From positions 4,288,001 through 4,352,000 of the forward strand of contig OZ242260.1 in the NCBI GenBank assembly GCA_965207065.1: 64,000 nt of DNA. Reading direction: 5' to 3'. The notes under the pieces are model-generated. The model made no database searches, was not told the origin of the DNA, and was given only the letters and a program-made list of their open reading frames with translations. This stretch comes from a bacterium. GTDB taxonomy: Bacteria > UBA8248. The position numbers and the translations under genes are program-made. This document shows positions 28,860-39,846 of the stretch, piece after piece; position 1 is the stretch's first letter, and every line of letters starts with the position of its first letter.

Positions 28860-28941
28860 CGATCGTTTCCCCCTGTCGGATCATCTGCTCCCCCCGCCCA
28901 TGCCCTCACGCCGAATCCGGGCAAGCGCGACAAGCGCTGCA

Positions 28942-29670
28942 TCAGCCCTCGGCCGCTTTCACCAAAGTCCCTACCTTCTCACCTTCCACCACGCGGCGGA
29001 TGTTGCCGGGCTTGAGCAGGTTAAAGACAATAATGGGTAAATTATTATCCATGCACAAGCTGACAGCGGTGGTATCCATGACTGCGAGTTGACGATTGAG
29101 TACCTCGATATACGTCAACTGATCGATGAACTCGGCTGTAACGTCCTGATTTGGATCGGCGGAGAAAACGCCATCCACGTTCGTGGCTTTGAGTATGCAC
29201 TCGGCGCCTACCTCTATGGCCCTGAGGCTCGCAGTGGTATCCGTTGTGAAGTAGGGATTTCCTGTGCCGCCTGCGAAGATGACGACCCGGCTTTTTTCCA
29301 TGTGGCGTATTGCGCGCCTTCTGATATAGGGCTCGCATAATTCGGCCATGTGGATAGCGCTCTGGACGCGTGTGGCGAGGCCCGCCTTTTCGAGGGCATG
29401 CTGAAGCGCCAAAGCGTTGATGACCGTGCCGAGCATGCCCATGTAGTCGGCGTTGGTGCGCTCCATTCCGGCCTTGGCGGCGGCGGCACCCCGGAAAATG
29501 TTCCCGCCACCCACGACGATGGTGACTTCGACTCCCAACTGGTGGATTTCTTTGATTTCCTGCGCTATGTCGTCAACGACGTTATGGTCGATCCCGTACT
29601 TGAGATCTCCTCCCAAGGCTTCTCCCGAGAGTTTGAGCAGGATCCTCTTGAATCGCAAATCGCCGCGCAT
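28942..29670 (-). CDS. pyrH: UMP kinase
   Basis: [28 protein letters not shown]. Confidence 0.98.
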   Translation of the reverse strand: MRGDLRFKRILLKLSGEALGGDLKYGIDHNVVDDIAQEIKEIHQLGVEVTIVVGGGNIFRGAAAAKAGMERTNADYMGMLGTVINALALQHALEKAGLATRVQSAIHMAELCEPYIRRRAIRHMEKSRVVIFAGGTGNPYFTTDTTASLRAIEVGAECILKATNVDGVFSADPNQDVTAEFIDQLTYIEVLNRQLAVMDTTAVSLCMDNNLPIIVFNLLKPGNIRRVVEGEKVGTLVKAAEG

Positions 29671-29731
29671 GGACATCCCCAAATTTTCAAGCCAATGACA
29701 ACGGGCGGTGCGAATGATGCGTCAGCAGGGC

Positions 29732-30601
29732 TTACCCTTCTTCCGACGCGGAAAGCTCGCCGAGTTGGAAGCGAGTCCAGGAAGAAACCCGGATTTCCTC
29801 GCCCAAGTCCGCGCTTCTGTCTTTGAGATACGCCTGAACCGTCTTGTCGGTGTCCTTGACGAATAACTGATCAAGCAGGCAAATCTCTTTTTTGTATTTC
29901 TTGATGCGTCCTTCGACAATTTTCTCCAGAATGTTCTCGGGCTTTCCGGAATCTTTCTGCTGGGCAAGAAGAATCTCTCGCTCACTCTGCAGGACCACTT
30001 CCGGCACCTGATCTTCCGAGAGAAATTGTGGACTGCTCGCCGCGATGTGCATCGCCAGATCGTGCGCAACCCCCGCGAATCCGGCGTCATCCGCCTTCCC
30101 GGACGTTTCACATCTCAGGTCAAGCAAAACGCCAATCCGGCCGCCCGGATGAATATAGGAAGCCACCTTGCCCGAGTCGCCATCTCCCAACGAGAGGCGC
30201 TCTCCACGGTTGACGACGATGTTCTCGCCCAGTTTGGCGATAGACTCCGTGGTCACCTCTTTCAGCGCTTCGGCGAGATTTTCCCCTCCATTGTCTTTCA
30301 CATGGCTCGCTACAGTTTCGAGAAGCGCCTGAAAATCCTCGGTCCGGGCCACGAAATCGGTCTCGCAATTTACCTCGACGAGGACGCCCATGCGTCCGTC
30401 TTCTCCAAGAGAAGCATATACCTGGCCCTCGCTTGCCGCGCGCCCCGCCTTCTTGGCTGCGCTGGAAAGCCCTTTTTCCCGCAAATAACGCACTGCCTCA
30501 TCAAAATCCCCCTCGTTTTCCTTGAGGGCTTCCTTGCAATCCATGATGCCCGCACCAGTACGGGTTCTTAACTCCTTGACCATCTGAGCAGTTACTTCCA
30601 T
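29732..30601 (-). CDS. tsf: Elongation factor Ts
   Basis: VKELRTRTGAGIMDCK, NCETDFVA, MHIAA. Confidence 0.98.
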   Translation of the reverse strand: MEVTAQMVKELRTRTGAGIMDCKEALKENEGDFDEAVRYLREKGLSSAAKKAGRAASEGQVYASLGEDGRMGVLVEVNCETDFVARTEDFQALLETVASHVKDNGGENLAEALKEVTTESIAKLGENIVVNRGERLSLGDGDSGKVASYIHPGGRIGVLLDLRCETSGKADDAGFAGVAHDLAMHIAASSPQFLSEDQVPEVVLQSEREILLAQQKDSGKPENILEKIVEGRIKKYKKEICLLDQLFVKDTDKTVQAYLKDRSADLGEEIRVSSWTRFQLGELSASEEG

Positions 30602-30649
30602 GCCCTGCACCTCTCCTCATGTAATCCGGCTATCGCTAAAATACTATGG

Positions 30650-31447
30650 TTATTTCTCCGCTTTTGTTTCCCCACTGCCCGCTGCGGCGGCCGCCATCAT
30701 CTCCGCCGCCACCGAGTCGCCCGATGCGACGACGGCTTCGACGTCCTCGGCCCCAGTCTCCTTGCGCACGGTGACTCCCTCGGCAATGGCCTCCGCCACC
30801 TGCGACACGAAGAAGCGAATCGAGCGTAAGGCGTCGTCATTTCCCGGCAATATGTAATCCACACCATCAGGGTCGGAATTCGTGTCCACTACTGCGATGA
30901 CGGGAATACCAAGCTTCTTGGCCTCTCGGATTGCGTTGTATTCATGGCTCGTATCGATGACGAACATGGCCTGCGGCAGCTTGTCCATATGCTTAATTCC
31001 GCCCAGAAACTTCTCAAGCCGAGCCATGTCCTTCTCGCGCCTGACGGCCTCTTTTTTCGCCAGAAGCTCGAAGGTGCCGTCGTTCTTCATCGTCTCCAGA
31101 TCCAGAAGACGCGCGATGGAGTTTTTAATTGTCTGGAAATTCGTGAGCGTCCCGCCGAGCCAGCGTTGGGTGACGTAAGGCATCCCAACGTTCCGAGCCT
31201 CTTCCATTACGATTTCCTGGGCCTGTTGTTTCGTTCCCACAAAAAGCACTTTGCCACCCTTCGCCGCAATATCGCGAATCACCTCCCGGACGGCGTTGAA
31301 CAACTTGAGGGTTTTTTGTAGGTCGATGATGTAAATCCCGTTTCGCGCACCGAAAATATAAGGGCGCATCTTGGGGTTCCATCGGGTGGTCTGGTGCCCG
31401 AAGTGGGCGCCGGCTTCCAGCAACTCGCGCAATGTAATCGGGGTCAA
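30650..31447 (-). CDS. rpsB: 30S ribosomal protein S2
   Basis: [26 protein letters not shown] start. Confidence 0.98.
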   Translation of the reverse strand: MTPITLRELLEAGAHFGHQTTRWNPKMRPYIFGARNGIYIIDLQKTLKLFNAVREVIRDIAAKGGKVLFVGTKQQAQEIVMEEARNVGMPYVTQRWLGGTLTNFQTIKNSIARLLDLETMKNDGTFELLAKKEAVRREKDMARLEKFLGGIKHMDKLPQAMFVIDTSHEYNAIREAKKLGIPVIAVVDTNSDPDGVDYILPGNDDALRSIRFFVSQVAEAIAEGVTVRKETGAEDVEAVVASGDSVAAEMMAAAAAGSGETKAEK

Positions 31448-31643
31448 GGGAACACTCCTTTTGCCCCGCCTTTCATCGAGGGGGGCCCTGCCAGCCTCTT
31501 GGCGGATGAGACCGAATTTTCAAGCATTTGATTTTGTTTGAGTAATTCGCCGAACAGTTCCGCCACCACGGCGTCCGCCACCGTTCGGCGCATGGAATGT
31601 CTCATAAGAACACCGACGATTCAAGTCTGCGAATCAAAAGCGT

Positions 31644-32864
31644 TCACGTCTTGTAGTCCGCGTTGAACCGCACATATTCCGCACTCAAATCCGTCGTCCA
31701 GAACACAGCCTCCGCATCACCGATGCCCAAGCCCAGTTCGAGGCCGTATTCGGGCTGCTTGAGCAAGGGAGCCAGGGTTTCCGCCCAACCCGGGACAGGC
31801 GCGCCGTCGCGCATTACTTCTACGTTCTCGATTCTGAGCGACATCTTCTCGGGCGCCACGTCCGCGCCGCTATAGCCGGCCGCCGCGAACATCCGGCCCC
31901 AGTTGGGCATCTCGCCATGAATGGCTGTCTTGACCAGCAGGCTTTCCGAAACCGACTTCGCGGCCAGATGCGCCTGCTCCTCGCTGGCCGCGCCCGTGAT
32001 TTTCACCTCCACTACCTTGTTCACTCCCTCGCCATCCCGAACAATGGCCAGGGCCAACTCCTTGCACACCCGGTAAAGCCCTTCCTCGAACCGCGTCAGC
32101 GCTTCCGCCGTCTCAAGCGCCACGCCGGATGCGCCCGTGGTTGCCAGGATCACCGTGTCGTTCGTCGACGTGTCGCCGTCAATCGTCACGCAGTTGAACG
32201 TCTTGCGCACAACAGCCCGCAGGATGGCCTGAAGGTCGGCTTGCGCAACCACGGCGTCGGTGCCGACGTAGGCGAGCATGGTCGCCATATTGGGGGCGAT
32301 CATGCCGGCCCCCTTGGTGATGCCGCCAATCCGGTAAACACCCTCCGGGGTGCTGACCTCAACGGCGTACTCCTTGGGCCGCGTGTCGGTCGTCATGATG
32401 CCCACCGCCGCCTCGTGGCCGCCTTCCGAGGAAAGGCCGGACACCAGATTGGCGATTTGGGCCTTCATGAGTTCAACCGGGAGCGGAGCGCCGATGAGTC
32501 CGGTAGAGGACATGGCGACCTGCGCTTCCGGGCAGTCGAGCGCTTCCGCCACTTCGCCGCAAAGGCTCACGGCGTCTCGATAGCCCTGCTCGCCCGTACA
32601 CGCGTTTGCGTTGCCGCTGTTGACGAGGAACGCCCGCAATGGCGATTTCCCGATCCGTTCCCTGCACAGGGTGACGGGAGCGGCGCACACCTTGTTCCGG
32701 GTGTAGACGCCCGCAGCAGTGGCCGGGGGGTCGAAAACGAGCAGCACCATATCCGGATTACCGGAATACTTGATGCCCGCCGTCACCGAGGCGGCGCGGA
32801 CTCCCTCGGCTGCGCAAACACCACCCTCAATCGCCTGAATGGATTCCTTTTCACTCACTTTCAA
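31644..32864 (-). CDS. argJ: Bifunctional ornithine acetyltransferase
   Basis: NSGNANACTG, IMTTDT, KGAGMIAPNMAT, DGDTSTND, RDGEG. Confidence 0.97.
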   Translation of the reverse strand: MKVSEKESIQAIEGGVCAAEGVRAASVTAGIKYSGNPDMVLLVFDPPATAAGVYTRNKVCAAPVTLCRERIGKSPLRAFLVNSGNANACTGEQGYRDAVSLCGEVAEALDCPEAQVAMSSTGLIGAPLPVELMKAQIANLVSGLSSEGGHEAAVGIMTTDTRPKEYAVEVSTPEGVYRIGGITKGAGMIAPNMATMLAYVGTDAVVAQADLQAILRAVVRKTFNCVTIDGDTSTNDTVILATTGASGVALETAEALTRFEEGLYRVCKELALAIVRDGEGVNKVVEVKITGAASEEQAHLAAKSVSESLLVKTAIHGEMPNWGRMFAAAGYSGADVAPEKMSLRIENVEVMRDGAPVPGWAETLAPLLKQPEYGLELGLGIGDAEAVFWTTDLSAEYVRFNADYKT

Positions 32865-32881
32865 GACCCCTTCTTATACGC

Positions 32882-33919
32882 TTACATCCAGAACCCCGGG
32901 TGCAGGAGACCTTGCGTCTCGGGAAGCCCCAGCATCAGGTTCATGTTCTGCACCGCCGCTCCCGAAGCGCCTTTCACCAGATTGTCAATCGCCGCGACAA
33001 TGATGAAGCGCGAGGTGCGCTCATCGTGCGTCAGACCGATGTCCACGTAGTTCGAGCCGGCCACCTGCGTCACGTTGGGAAACGCGCCCTCGGGCATCAG
33101 GCGGATGAACGGCTCGTCCGCATAGACGTCGCGCAGCGCCGCCCGGACCGACGAGGCGTCGGCGCCTCCCTCCCCCTCGGCGTAGATGGTCGAGAGAATA
33201 CCCCGGGTCATGGGCGCCAGATGCGGAGTGAAAGAAACCTGCACCGCCTCCCCGAGAGCGGCGGACAACTCCTGCTCAATTTCGGGCGTATGACGATGGG
33301 TCCCCACGCCATAGGCCTTGAAGCCCTCGTTCACTTCGCTGAACTGGAGGCTCAAGTCCGCTTTTCTTCCCGCGCCTGATACGCCAGATTTCGCATCCAC
33401 GATGATGGAGTCCGGCTTGATGAGTCCCGCCCTCAAAAGCGGGGTCAGGGCCAGAATCGCACCCGTGGGGTAGCAACCCGGGTTCGCAACGAGGCGCGCT
33501 TTTATTATCTCTTCGCGATACAGCTCGGGCACCCCGTAGACGGCGTCCGCTATCCTCTCCGGCGAAGTGTGTTTCGTCTTGTACCAGGCTTCATAAACGC
33601 CGAAATCCCGCAAGCGGTAATCAGCGGAAAAATCCACCACACGATGCCCGGCCTCCAGCAAGGAGGGCACGGTGTTCATCGCCACCCGGTGGGGCAGGCA
33701 GCAGAATACGATGTCGACTCCCTCGCAGACGGCGAGTTCGAACTTCACGAGTGTGCCGCCATGGACAGAAGAAAGAGCGGGAAACACCTCATCCACTCTC
33801 TTGCCGGCATAGGTTTCGGACGTGAGGGCCACCACTTCCACACCCCCGTGCGACCCGAGGAGCCTTAATAACTCAAAACCCGTATATCCCGTAGCTCCGA
33901 CCACGGCGATTTTAGGCAT
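32882..33919 (-). CDS. argC: N-acetyl-gamma-glutamyl-phosphate reductase
   Basis: GATGYTG, ANPGCYPT, SGVSGAGR, IDNLVKGASG. Confidence 0.97.
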   Translation of the reverse strand: MPKIAVVGATGYTGFELLRLLGSHGGVEVVALTSETYAGKRVDEVFPALSSVHGGTLVKFELAVCEGVDIVFCCLPHRVAMNTVPSLLEAGHRVVDFSADYRLRDFGVYEAWYKTKHTSPERIADAVYGVPELYREEIIKARLVANPGCYPTGAILALTPLLRAGLIKPDSIIVDAKSGVSGAGRKADLSLQFSEVNEGFKAYGVGTHRHTPEIEQELSAALGEAVQVSFTPHLAPMTRGILSTIYAEGEGGADASSVRAALRDVYADEPFIRLMPEGAFPNVTQVAGSNYVDIGLTHDERTSRFIIVAAIDNLVKGASGAAVQNMNLMLGLPETQGLLHPGFWM

Positions 33920-34000
33920 CTCCTTATCCCCCAGAATCCTCAGCGATTCGCATCAAACCCTCATCAGAGCGAGTATCCACCACAATTCATTTTTTCGCAC

Positions 34001-34028
34001 AAAAAAAGGGGCCGGCAAAGCCAGCCCC
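34001..34028 (-). terminator. Intrinsic terminator after rpsI
   Basis: GC-rich hairpin (GGGGC...GCCCC) followed by T7 on the minus strand. Confidence 0.7.
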
Positions 34029-34048
34029 CGAATCGACCACCACTGTGG

Positions 34049-34444
34049 TTAGCGCTTGGAGAACTGGAAGCTCTTGCGCGCGCCTTTCAAGCCATATTTT
34101 TTACGCTCTTTGACACGGGAATCACGCGTGATGAGACCCGCTTTTTTGAGAATCGTCCGAAATGCGGGATCCACACTCAGCAGGGCTTTCGAAATGCCGT
34201 GGCGAACAGCGCCCGCCTGACCGGTGAGACCCCCGCCCTTCACGGTAGCCCGCACGTCGTAGCTACCCCACGTCTCGGTAAGCTCGAAGGGCTGCTTGAT
34301 CACCATGAGTGAGGTGTCGCGGAGGAAATACTCGTCCGCCGGCGTATTGTTGACCAGAATTCTGCCGTCGCCCGGTTCTAGCCAGACGCGCGCAACGGCC
34401 GTTTTGCGTTTTCCTGTGGCGTAGTGCTTCGGTATCGTAGCCAT
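34049..34444 (-). CDS. rpsI: 30S ribosomal protein S9
   Basis: [28 protein letters not shown]...QFSKR. Confidence 0.98.
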   Translation of the reverse strand: MATIPKHYATGKRKTAVARVWLEPGDGRILVNNTPADEYFLRDTSLMVIKQPFELTETWGSYDVRATVKGGGLTGQAGAVRHGISKALLSVDPAFRTILKKAGLITRDSRVKERKKYGLKGARKSFQFSKR

Positions 34445-34469
34445 ATCGAATTCAAAAACCTCTTGGAGT

Positions 34470-34919
34470 TCAGTCCAACTGAATCGCTTCGGGTTGTTGC
34501 GCCTCATGCGGGTGCTTGTCGCCTGCGTACACTTTGAGTTTTTGCAGCAAAGCGCGCCCCAACTTGTTTTTTGGCAACATACCCCGCACAGCGTGTTCTA
34601 TCACGCGCTCGGGATGTGTTTCCAGCATGCGTCCCGCATTCACTTCTTTGAGATGACCAGGGTAGCCGGAGTGGCGGTAATACTTTTTGTCCGAAAGTTT
34701 GCGGCCAGTGAGAACGATGCGCTCCGCATTGATGACGACAACATAATCGCCATTGTCGACATGGGGCGTCCAGTCCGGCTTGTGTTTTCCGCGCAGCAGC
34801 GTCGCCACACGCGTACTAAGACGCCCCAAGGTCTGATCCTTCGCATCCACCAGCACCCAGCCGCGCTGGGCGCTGGCTTGCTCTTTCGTGAGGCTGACTG
34901 TCTTTCGATACATTCTCAT
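34470..34919 (-). CDS. rplM: 50S ribosomal protein L13
   Basis: LGRL, RGKHKP, HSGYPG, GMLPKN. Confidence 0.98.
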   Translation of the reverse strand: MRMYRKTVSLTKEQASAQRGWVLVDAKDQTLGRLSTRVATLLRGKHKPDWTPHVDNGDYVVVINAERIVLTGRKLSDKKYYRHSGYPGHLKEVNAGRMLETHPERVIEHAVRGMLPKNKLGRALLQKLKVYAGDKHPHEAQQPEAIQLD

Positions 34920-35120
34920 TGGTTCTCTTCTCTTCTTCGACTCATAAATTATCTTCTCGGGAGAAGACGAAGGTGTATATAAACCCCAGATGGCCGGGCG
35001 ATGTCAACCGCCTCGGGCGGAATTTTCAGAGAAGGTGTCACACCACACATCTTATTGTTGTTTAACGGGCTAAACACCTCCAGCGCTAACATGCGAGGTC
35101 CTCGCTTGAAGAAAAGCGCA

Positions 35121-36419
35121 TCATAGTTTGAACAATCGGGTGTTTTGCCCGAATTCTGCAAAGGCGTTGCGCGTATCCACGATGCAGTTCGCATGGGCGT
35201 GGATGCACCCTCTATCCAGTGACTTGTGGTTCGCGAGCACGATAACGCAATCGTATTCACGCAGCGCTTCAGCGCTGATGGACTGTGAATGCGCCCTTAT
35301 CGGGGGAGCGTCGATTTCCGGCACATGGGGGTCTGAATAAAATACACTCGCCCCGTGGCTCTCCAAAATGGGCCAGACGTCGAGGGCGGGACTCTCTCTG
35401 ATGTCGGACACGTCCGCCTTGTACGCAACCCCCGCCAGCAGAATCCTCGCACCCTCCAGCGTCTTGCCCGTCTCTTTCAGGACTCTGGACGTGAGCTCCA
35501 CGACAAAACGAGGCATCGATTTGTTCACCGCATCGGCCAGTTCGATGAACCTCGCCTCGAATCCCGCCTGCCGCGCCTTCCAGGACAGATAAACAGGGTC
35601 CACAGGAAGGCAATGACCGCCGAGTCCCGGCCCGGGATAGAAGGGCATGAAACCGAAAGGCTTGGTTCTCGCCGCCTCGATCACCTCCCAGACATCCAGG
35701 TCAAGCGTGTGGCACATCTTCGCCACTTCGTTCACCAGGGCGATGTTGACGCTGCGAAATGTGTTTTCGAGAAGTTTCACCATCTCCGCGACCCGAGGCG
35801 AAGCGACCCTTACAATCCGATCGACAGCACCCTCATACAAGGCGCAGGCGCAATCGGCGCACTTCGGTGTCACGCCACCCACGATTTTCGGTATGTTTCT
35901 TGTTGTATAGCGCTCATTTCCGGGATCCACGCGTTCGGGCGAGAACGCGAGGTGAAACTCCACTCCCGCCCGCCAGCCGCCTTCTGACAAAACGGGCAGT
36001 ACGATTTCCTCGGTCGCCCCCGGATATGCGGTGCTCTCGAGCACGCAGAGCTGTCCCCGTCTCCGATGTCGCTTGATGCTCTCGACCGCTGTTTGCACGA
36101 AGGACAGATCCGGGTCTCCGGTCTTGCCCAACGGCGTGGGAACGCAAATGCTGATGGTGTCCACTTCCGCAAGGAGCCGGTGATCGCAGGCGAACTCGAG
36201 CCGATTCGTTCCCAATGCCTCGGCCAGTGATTCAGAAGAAACATCCAGAATATGACTCTTCGCCACTCGCAGATCGCGAACGAGCCGGGGGTCCGTGTCC
36301 AACCCGATAACCCGGTAGCCCGCGCGAACGAATTCCAGCGCGAGCGGGAGCCCGACGTACCCCAAACCCATCACGCATGCGAGAATCCGTTTTTGCCTGA
36401 TTTTCTCGATGAGTAGCAC
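35121..36419 (-). CDS. Nucleotide-sugar dehydrogenase (UDP-GlcNAc/ManNAc dehydrogenase family)
   Basis: GLGYVG, CVPTP, SPERVDPG, KLLENTFR, GGHCLPVDP, DIRESP; start placed at GTG 36419. Confidence 0.92.
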   Translation of the reverse strand: MLLIEKIRQKRILACVMGLGYVGLPLALEFVRAGYRVIGLDTDPRLVRDLRVAKSHILDVSSESLAEALGTNRLEFACDHRLLAEVDTISICVPTPLGKTGDPDLSFVQTAVESIKRHRRRGQLCVLESTAYPGATEEIVLPVLSEGGWRAGVEFHLAFSPERVDPGNERYTTRNIPKIVGGVTPKCADCACALYEGAVDRIVRVASPRVAEMVKLLENTFRSVNIALVNEVAKMCHTLDLDVWEVIEAARTKPFGFMPFYPGPGLGGHCLPVDPVYLSWKARQAGFEARFIELADAVNKSMPRFVVELTSRVLKETGKTLEGARILLAGVAYKADVSDIRESPALDVWPILESHGASVFYSDPHVPEIDAPPIRAHSQSISAEALREYDCVIVLANHKSLDRGCIHAHANCIVDTRNAFAEFGQNTRLFKL

Positions 36420-36540
36420 GGGACCCTCTGAGAGAGAGAAAATGAGGGTCCTCTGAGAATGATTGTAGTATAGAATAACTACTGGTATTTCCAATATCGT
36501 TACTTCAAGTGAAAGCGTATACATCACGGGAGAATCGAGC

Positions 36541-37509
36541 ATGAAACGGTTTACAGTACTGGTCGCGGGCCTGCTTCTTTGGGCGGGCGCGGCCCATGCG
36601 GCGGAAAAATGGAACATGCCGACGGCGTACGGGAACGCCAACTACCACACGCAAAACGCCAGGCTGTTCGCCAAAGCGGTGGGCGTATGCACCGGGGGGA
36701 AACTCGAGATCGTGGTGCATGGAGGCGGTTCTCTCATCAAGGGCGGCGAGATCAAGCGCGCCGTACAAAACGGGAAGGCTCCCATCGGCGAGCGCCTGCT
36801 GAGCGCGCACCAGAACGAAAACGCCGTCTTCGGGTTCGACTCCGTGCCGCTGCTGGCAACGTCTTTCGAGGCATCCGAGAAGCTCTGGCGTGCGACAAAG
36901 GGCCGGCTGACGAAGATTCTCGCCGCGCAGAATCTCGTGCTGCTTTACTCCGTCCCTTGGCCGCCGCAGGGAATGTACTTCAAGCGCGCGATCGGCGGCG
37001 TCTCCGACATGCGGGGCATCAAGTTCCGCGCCTACAACGCCGCGACGGCGCGTTTCGCCGAACTCGCTGGAATGCCCTCGGTGCACATCGAGCTGGCGGA
37101 ACTCGAACCCGCACTGGCAAGCGGTAAGGTGGAAGCCTATATCTCATCAAGCGCAACCGGCTACGAACTCAAGCAGTGGAAACACGTGAGCCATTTTTAT
37201 GACACTCAAGCCTGGCTGCCGCGTAACTACGTGTTCGCAAACAAGCGCGCCTTCGAGGCGCTCGATGCCCATGCCCAAAACTGCCTGCGCTCCTCGGCGT
37301 TGCTGGCTGAAGCGGCAGGAACGGCGCGGGCGCGCGAGTTGACCGGCTTTTATCTCGACCAACTCGCCGCAGGCGGCATGAGCGTGGAGAAGCCGGGGAA
37401 GCAACTCGCCGCCGATCTCGAAAAAATCGGCGAAATCATGTCTGCCGAATGGACCAAGGCCGCAGGCGCGGAGGGCGCCGCGATCATCAATGCCTTCAGG
37501 GGGAAGTAA
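36541..37509 (+). CDS. dctP: TRAP transporter substrate-binding protein (DctP family)
   Basis: Signal peptide; VPWPPQG and GIKFRAY motifs; followed by hairpin AAAGGGT...ACCCTTT (37508-37528). Confidence 0.88.
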   Translation: MKRFTVLVAGLLLWAGAAHAAEKWNMPTAYGNANYHTQNARLFAKAVGVCTGGKLEIVVHGGGSLIKGGEIKRAVQNGKAPIGERLLSAHQNENAVFGFDSVPLLATSFEASEKLWRATKGRLTKILAAQNLVLLYSVPWPPQGMYFKRAIGGVSDMRGIKFRAYNAATARFAELAGMPSVHIELAELEPALASGKVEAYISSSATGYELKQWKHVSHFYDTQAWLPRNYVFANKRAFEALDAHAQNCLRSSALLAEAAGTARARELTGFYLDQLAAGGMSVEKPGKQLAADLEKIGEIMSAEWTKAAGAEGAAIINAFRGK

Positions 37510-37552
37510 AGGGTTATCAACACCCTTTTGTAAATTTACCGAGGATGTAGCA

Positions 37553-37806
37553 ATGCAACTCAATATCAAAGATGCCGACACCCATGCGCTGGCGAAAAGG
37601 CTCGCGAGCCTAACCGGCGAATCCATGGCCAAGGCCGTCAAGCGCGCCATACAGGAGAGGCTGGCGCAGGTGGAATGATGCAGGGCGGGACCCCGCTTGC
37701 CGATGAACTGGACCGCATCGCTCTGTATTGCGCCAGTCTGCCGAGACGTGACGAGCGAAACAACGATGAGATCATCGGGTATGACGAGAGCGGCCTGCCC
37801 GCGTGA
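37553..37806 (+). pseudogene. vapB: VapB antitoxin (Rv0623-like), frameshifted
   Basis: MQLNIKDADTHALAKRLASLTGESM...VE* then, in the -1 frame, MQGG...DEIIGYDESGLPA*. Confidence 0.85.
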
Positions 37807-37862
37807 TGGTCATCGACACATCGGCTCTTTCAAGGGTATTGGAAAATCAGGAGCGTCTTTGA
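37806..37862 (+). pseudogene. vapC: VapC toxin N-terminal remnant
   Basis: TGATG coupling with vapB; MVIDTSAL PIN-domain start, then stop after 18 codons. Confidence 0.8.
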
Positions 37863-37891
37863 GGATTACCTCACCGAAGGCACGCGGTGCG

Positions 37892-38521
37892 CTAAATGTT
37901 CATCGAGCGGACCAGGGGCGCGTTCTCGTGCAGGTCGATCACGTTCAAGGCCGCGAAGTCCTGCTCCAGCCGGAAAAAGCTCTCGATCGGAGCGCCCAGC
38001 GCATCGCACAGGATCACCCGGTTCACTGCCGCATGCGCGCAGACGATGACGTTCTTCTCCTTCTCCCGGGCGCAGATATCGCGAAAAGCGGGCAAGACGC
38101 GCCCGGCGAGTTCGGCCACGGATTCCCCGCCGCCGGGTGGCTTGGAGTTGACGAAATTCCTGTAATGTTCGGCCAAACGCTCTGGTTCCTGGTTGCTGAG
38201 GCTTGCGTGCGTCTCCCCTTCCCAATCGCCCAGGTGAAGCTCTGAAATATCGGGAACGATTACGGGCTTGAGGTCCAACCCCATTGCTTCGGATAGAATT
38301 TCCGCCGTTCTAACCGAGCGGGCGAGCGAACTGGCGTAAAGGGCCGTTTCACTCTCCATGAGCCAGCCCTTGACGCGCTCCGCCGCTTCCCGAACCTGCG
38401 CCTCGCCCTCGGCGAGAAGCGGCGCGTCGGTGCTGCCGTAGAAAAACCCCTCTTTTGAGCCCTCCGCCGCGCCGTGCCTGAGCAAAAGGACGCGCGTGGT
38501 GGATTCGGCCTTACGCGGCAT
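37892..38521 (-). CDS. Histidine phosphatase family protein (CobC/GpmB-like)
   Basis: LLRHG, SSLARS, ELHLGDWEG, GGES, CAH. Confidence 0.9.
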   Translation of the reverse strand: MPRKAESTTRVLLLRHGAAEGSKEGFFYGSTDAPLLAEGEAQVREAAERVKGWLMESETALYASSLARSVRTAEILSEAMGLDLKPVIVPDISELHLGDWEGETHASLSNQEPERLAEHYRNFVNSKPPGGGESVAELAGRVLPAFRDICAREKEKNVIVCAHAAVNRVILCDALGAPIESFFRLEQDFAALNVIDLHENAPLVRSMNI

Positions 38522-38619
38522 GGAAACCGTGGAATCGGCCCGCCTTTGATTCACGCTTTTCTCCAACCTGAAAAGCAGGCGCGGAAGATTTTACACCACG
38601 CCCGAAACCCGTATTCGCG

Positions 38620-39021
38620 CTATTTCGTTGCCAGTGAGATGTCCCGAACGCCCGCTTCCGAGATGAGGCCCATCACCTTGATCACATAACCGTAATCGAG
38701 ACGCTTGTCCGCCTTGATCGTGAGAGATGGCTTGAACTTTCCACTTGCGACGTCAGCTTTCAACCGGCTTTCGAGATCATCGAGCAGCACAGTCTTACCG
38801 TTCAGCGAGATTCGCTTCTCCGCGCCGACTTCGATGAGAAACGATTTTTTCTCCACCACCTCGGCGCTCGATTTGGCTTCCGGAAGTTCGATGTCGAGTC
38901 TGCGGGTGAAATCCACGAAAGAGGTGGAAACCATGAAAAAGATCAGTAGCAAAAAAACGACGTCTATGAGTGATGTGAGCTGGAGGCTGTAGTCTTCCTC
39001 CGAATCGCCCTGAAAGCGCAT
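38620..39021 (-). CDS. exbD: Biopolymer transporter ExbD/TolR
   Basis: LTSLIDVVFLLLIFFMV, IKADK. Confidence 0.92.
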   Translation of the reverse strand: MRFQGDSEEDYSLQLTSLIDVVFLLLIFFMVSTSFVDFTRRLDIELPEAKSSAEVVEKKSFLIEVGAEKRISLNGKTVLLDDLESRLKADVASGKFKPSLTIKADKRLDYGYVIKVMGLISEAGVRDISLATK

Positions 39022-39846
39022 TCACATGTCCTCACGCTGCGGACTCAAGCTCTCCATGCCCTGCGCCTCGTCGTGGAGCGCATCATGCGTGTTCTCGCCG
39101 GGTTCTCCGGATTGCGCCGCCAGGTTCTGTAAAAGCGCCAGTGCGATGGATTCCATCTCGAACAGGAGGCGACCGCTGCGCGAGCGGAAGAAGTGATACG
39201 CCGCAAGGGCGGGAATGCCTATCAAAAGGCCCGCCGCCGTCGTCAAAAGCGCTTCCGAAATCCCCTCCGCTACGAGATTCGGGTTCCCGGTCCCGGCGCG
39301 GCTGATGACGTCGAACGCGCGAATCATACCTACGACGGTGCCGAACAGGCCCAGCATGGGGGCCAGGTTCGCGATGACCCCCAAACCACGGAGGTTGCGT
39401 GACAAGACGGTCGATTCGTGCTGGCCCGCTCCGACCATGGCGCGTTCCATCTCGCCGAGTCCCAACCTCCGCCTCGACAACCCCGCCTGAAGCACGCGCG
39501 CCAGCGGTGAGTCGAACCGCTCGCAAATACTGGAGGCACCCTCGAAATCACCGCTGCGCCAATATCTCTCGGAAGCGTTCACCAGAGAATGGGGCAGGAC
39601 TTTCTTTCGCCTGAGAGTTATGAGCCGCTCGAGCGTCACCATGAGCGCAATGACCGAGCAAAGTCCCAGGGGGATCATCGTGTAGCCCCCCTTTTTCAGA
39701 AGCTCCCAAACCCTGGTCGTAAAACCCCATTCGATAAAGCTCGAAGCCGCGATCGCCTGCTCTGCAGCGAGCAAAACGAAAACGCCCGCCAGACTCGCGG
39801 CGAGGAACCATTTTCCACTTCTGGAATCTCTCGGCTCATGAAACAC
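39022..39846 (-). CDS. exbB: MotA/TolQ/ExbB proton channel
   Basis: APMLGLFGTVVGMIRAF, GISEALLTTAAGL; exact start uncertain. Confidence 0.92.
   Translation of the reverse strand: MFHEPRDSRSGKWFLAASLAGVFVLLAAEQAIAASSFIEWGFTTRVWELLKKGGYTMIPLGLCSVIALMVTLERLITLRRKKVLPHSLVNASERYWRSGDFEGASSICERFDSPLARVLQAGLSRRRLGLGEMERAMVGAGQHESTVLSRNLRGLGVIANLAPMLGLFGTVVGMIRAFDVISRAGTGNPNLVAEGISEALLTTAAGLLIGIPALAAYHFFRSRSGRLLFEMESIALALLQNLAAQSGEPGENTHDALHDEAQGMESLSPQREDM

Noticed and set aside
31448-31640. Hairpin-containing rpsB leader
   Set aside because: Structured rpsB leaders are expected, and there is no specific evidence of novelty.
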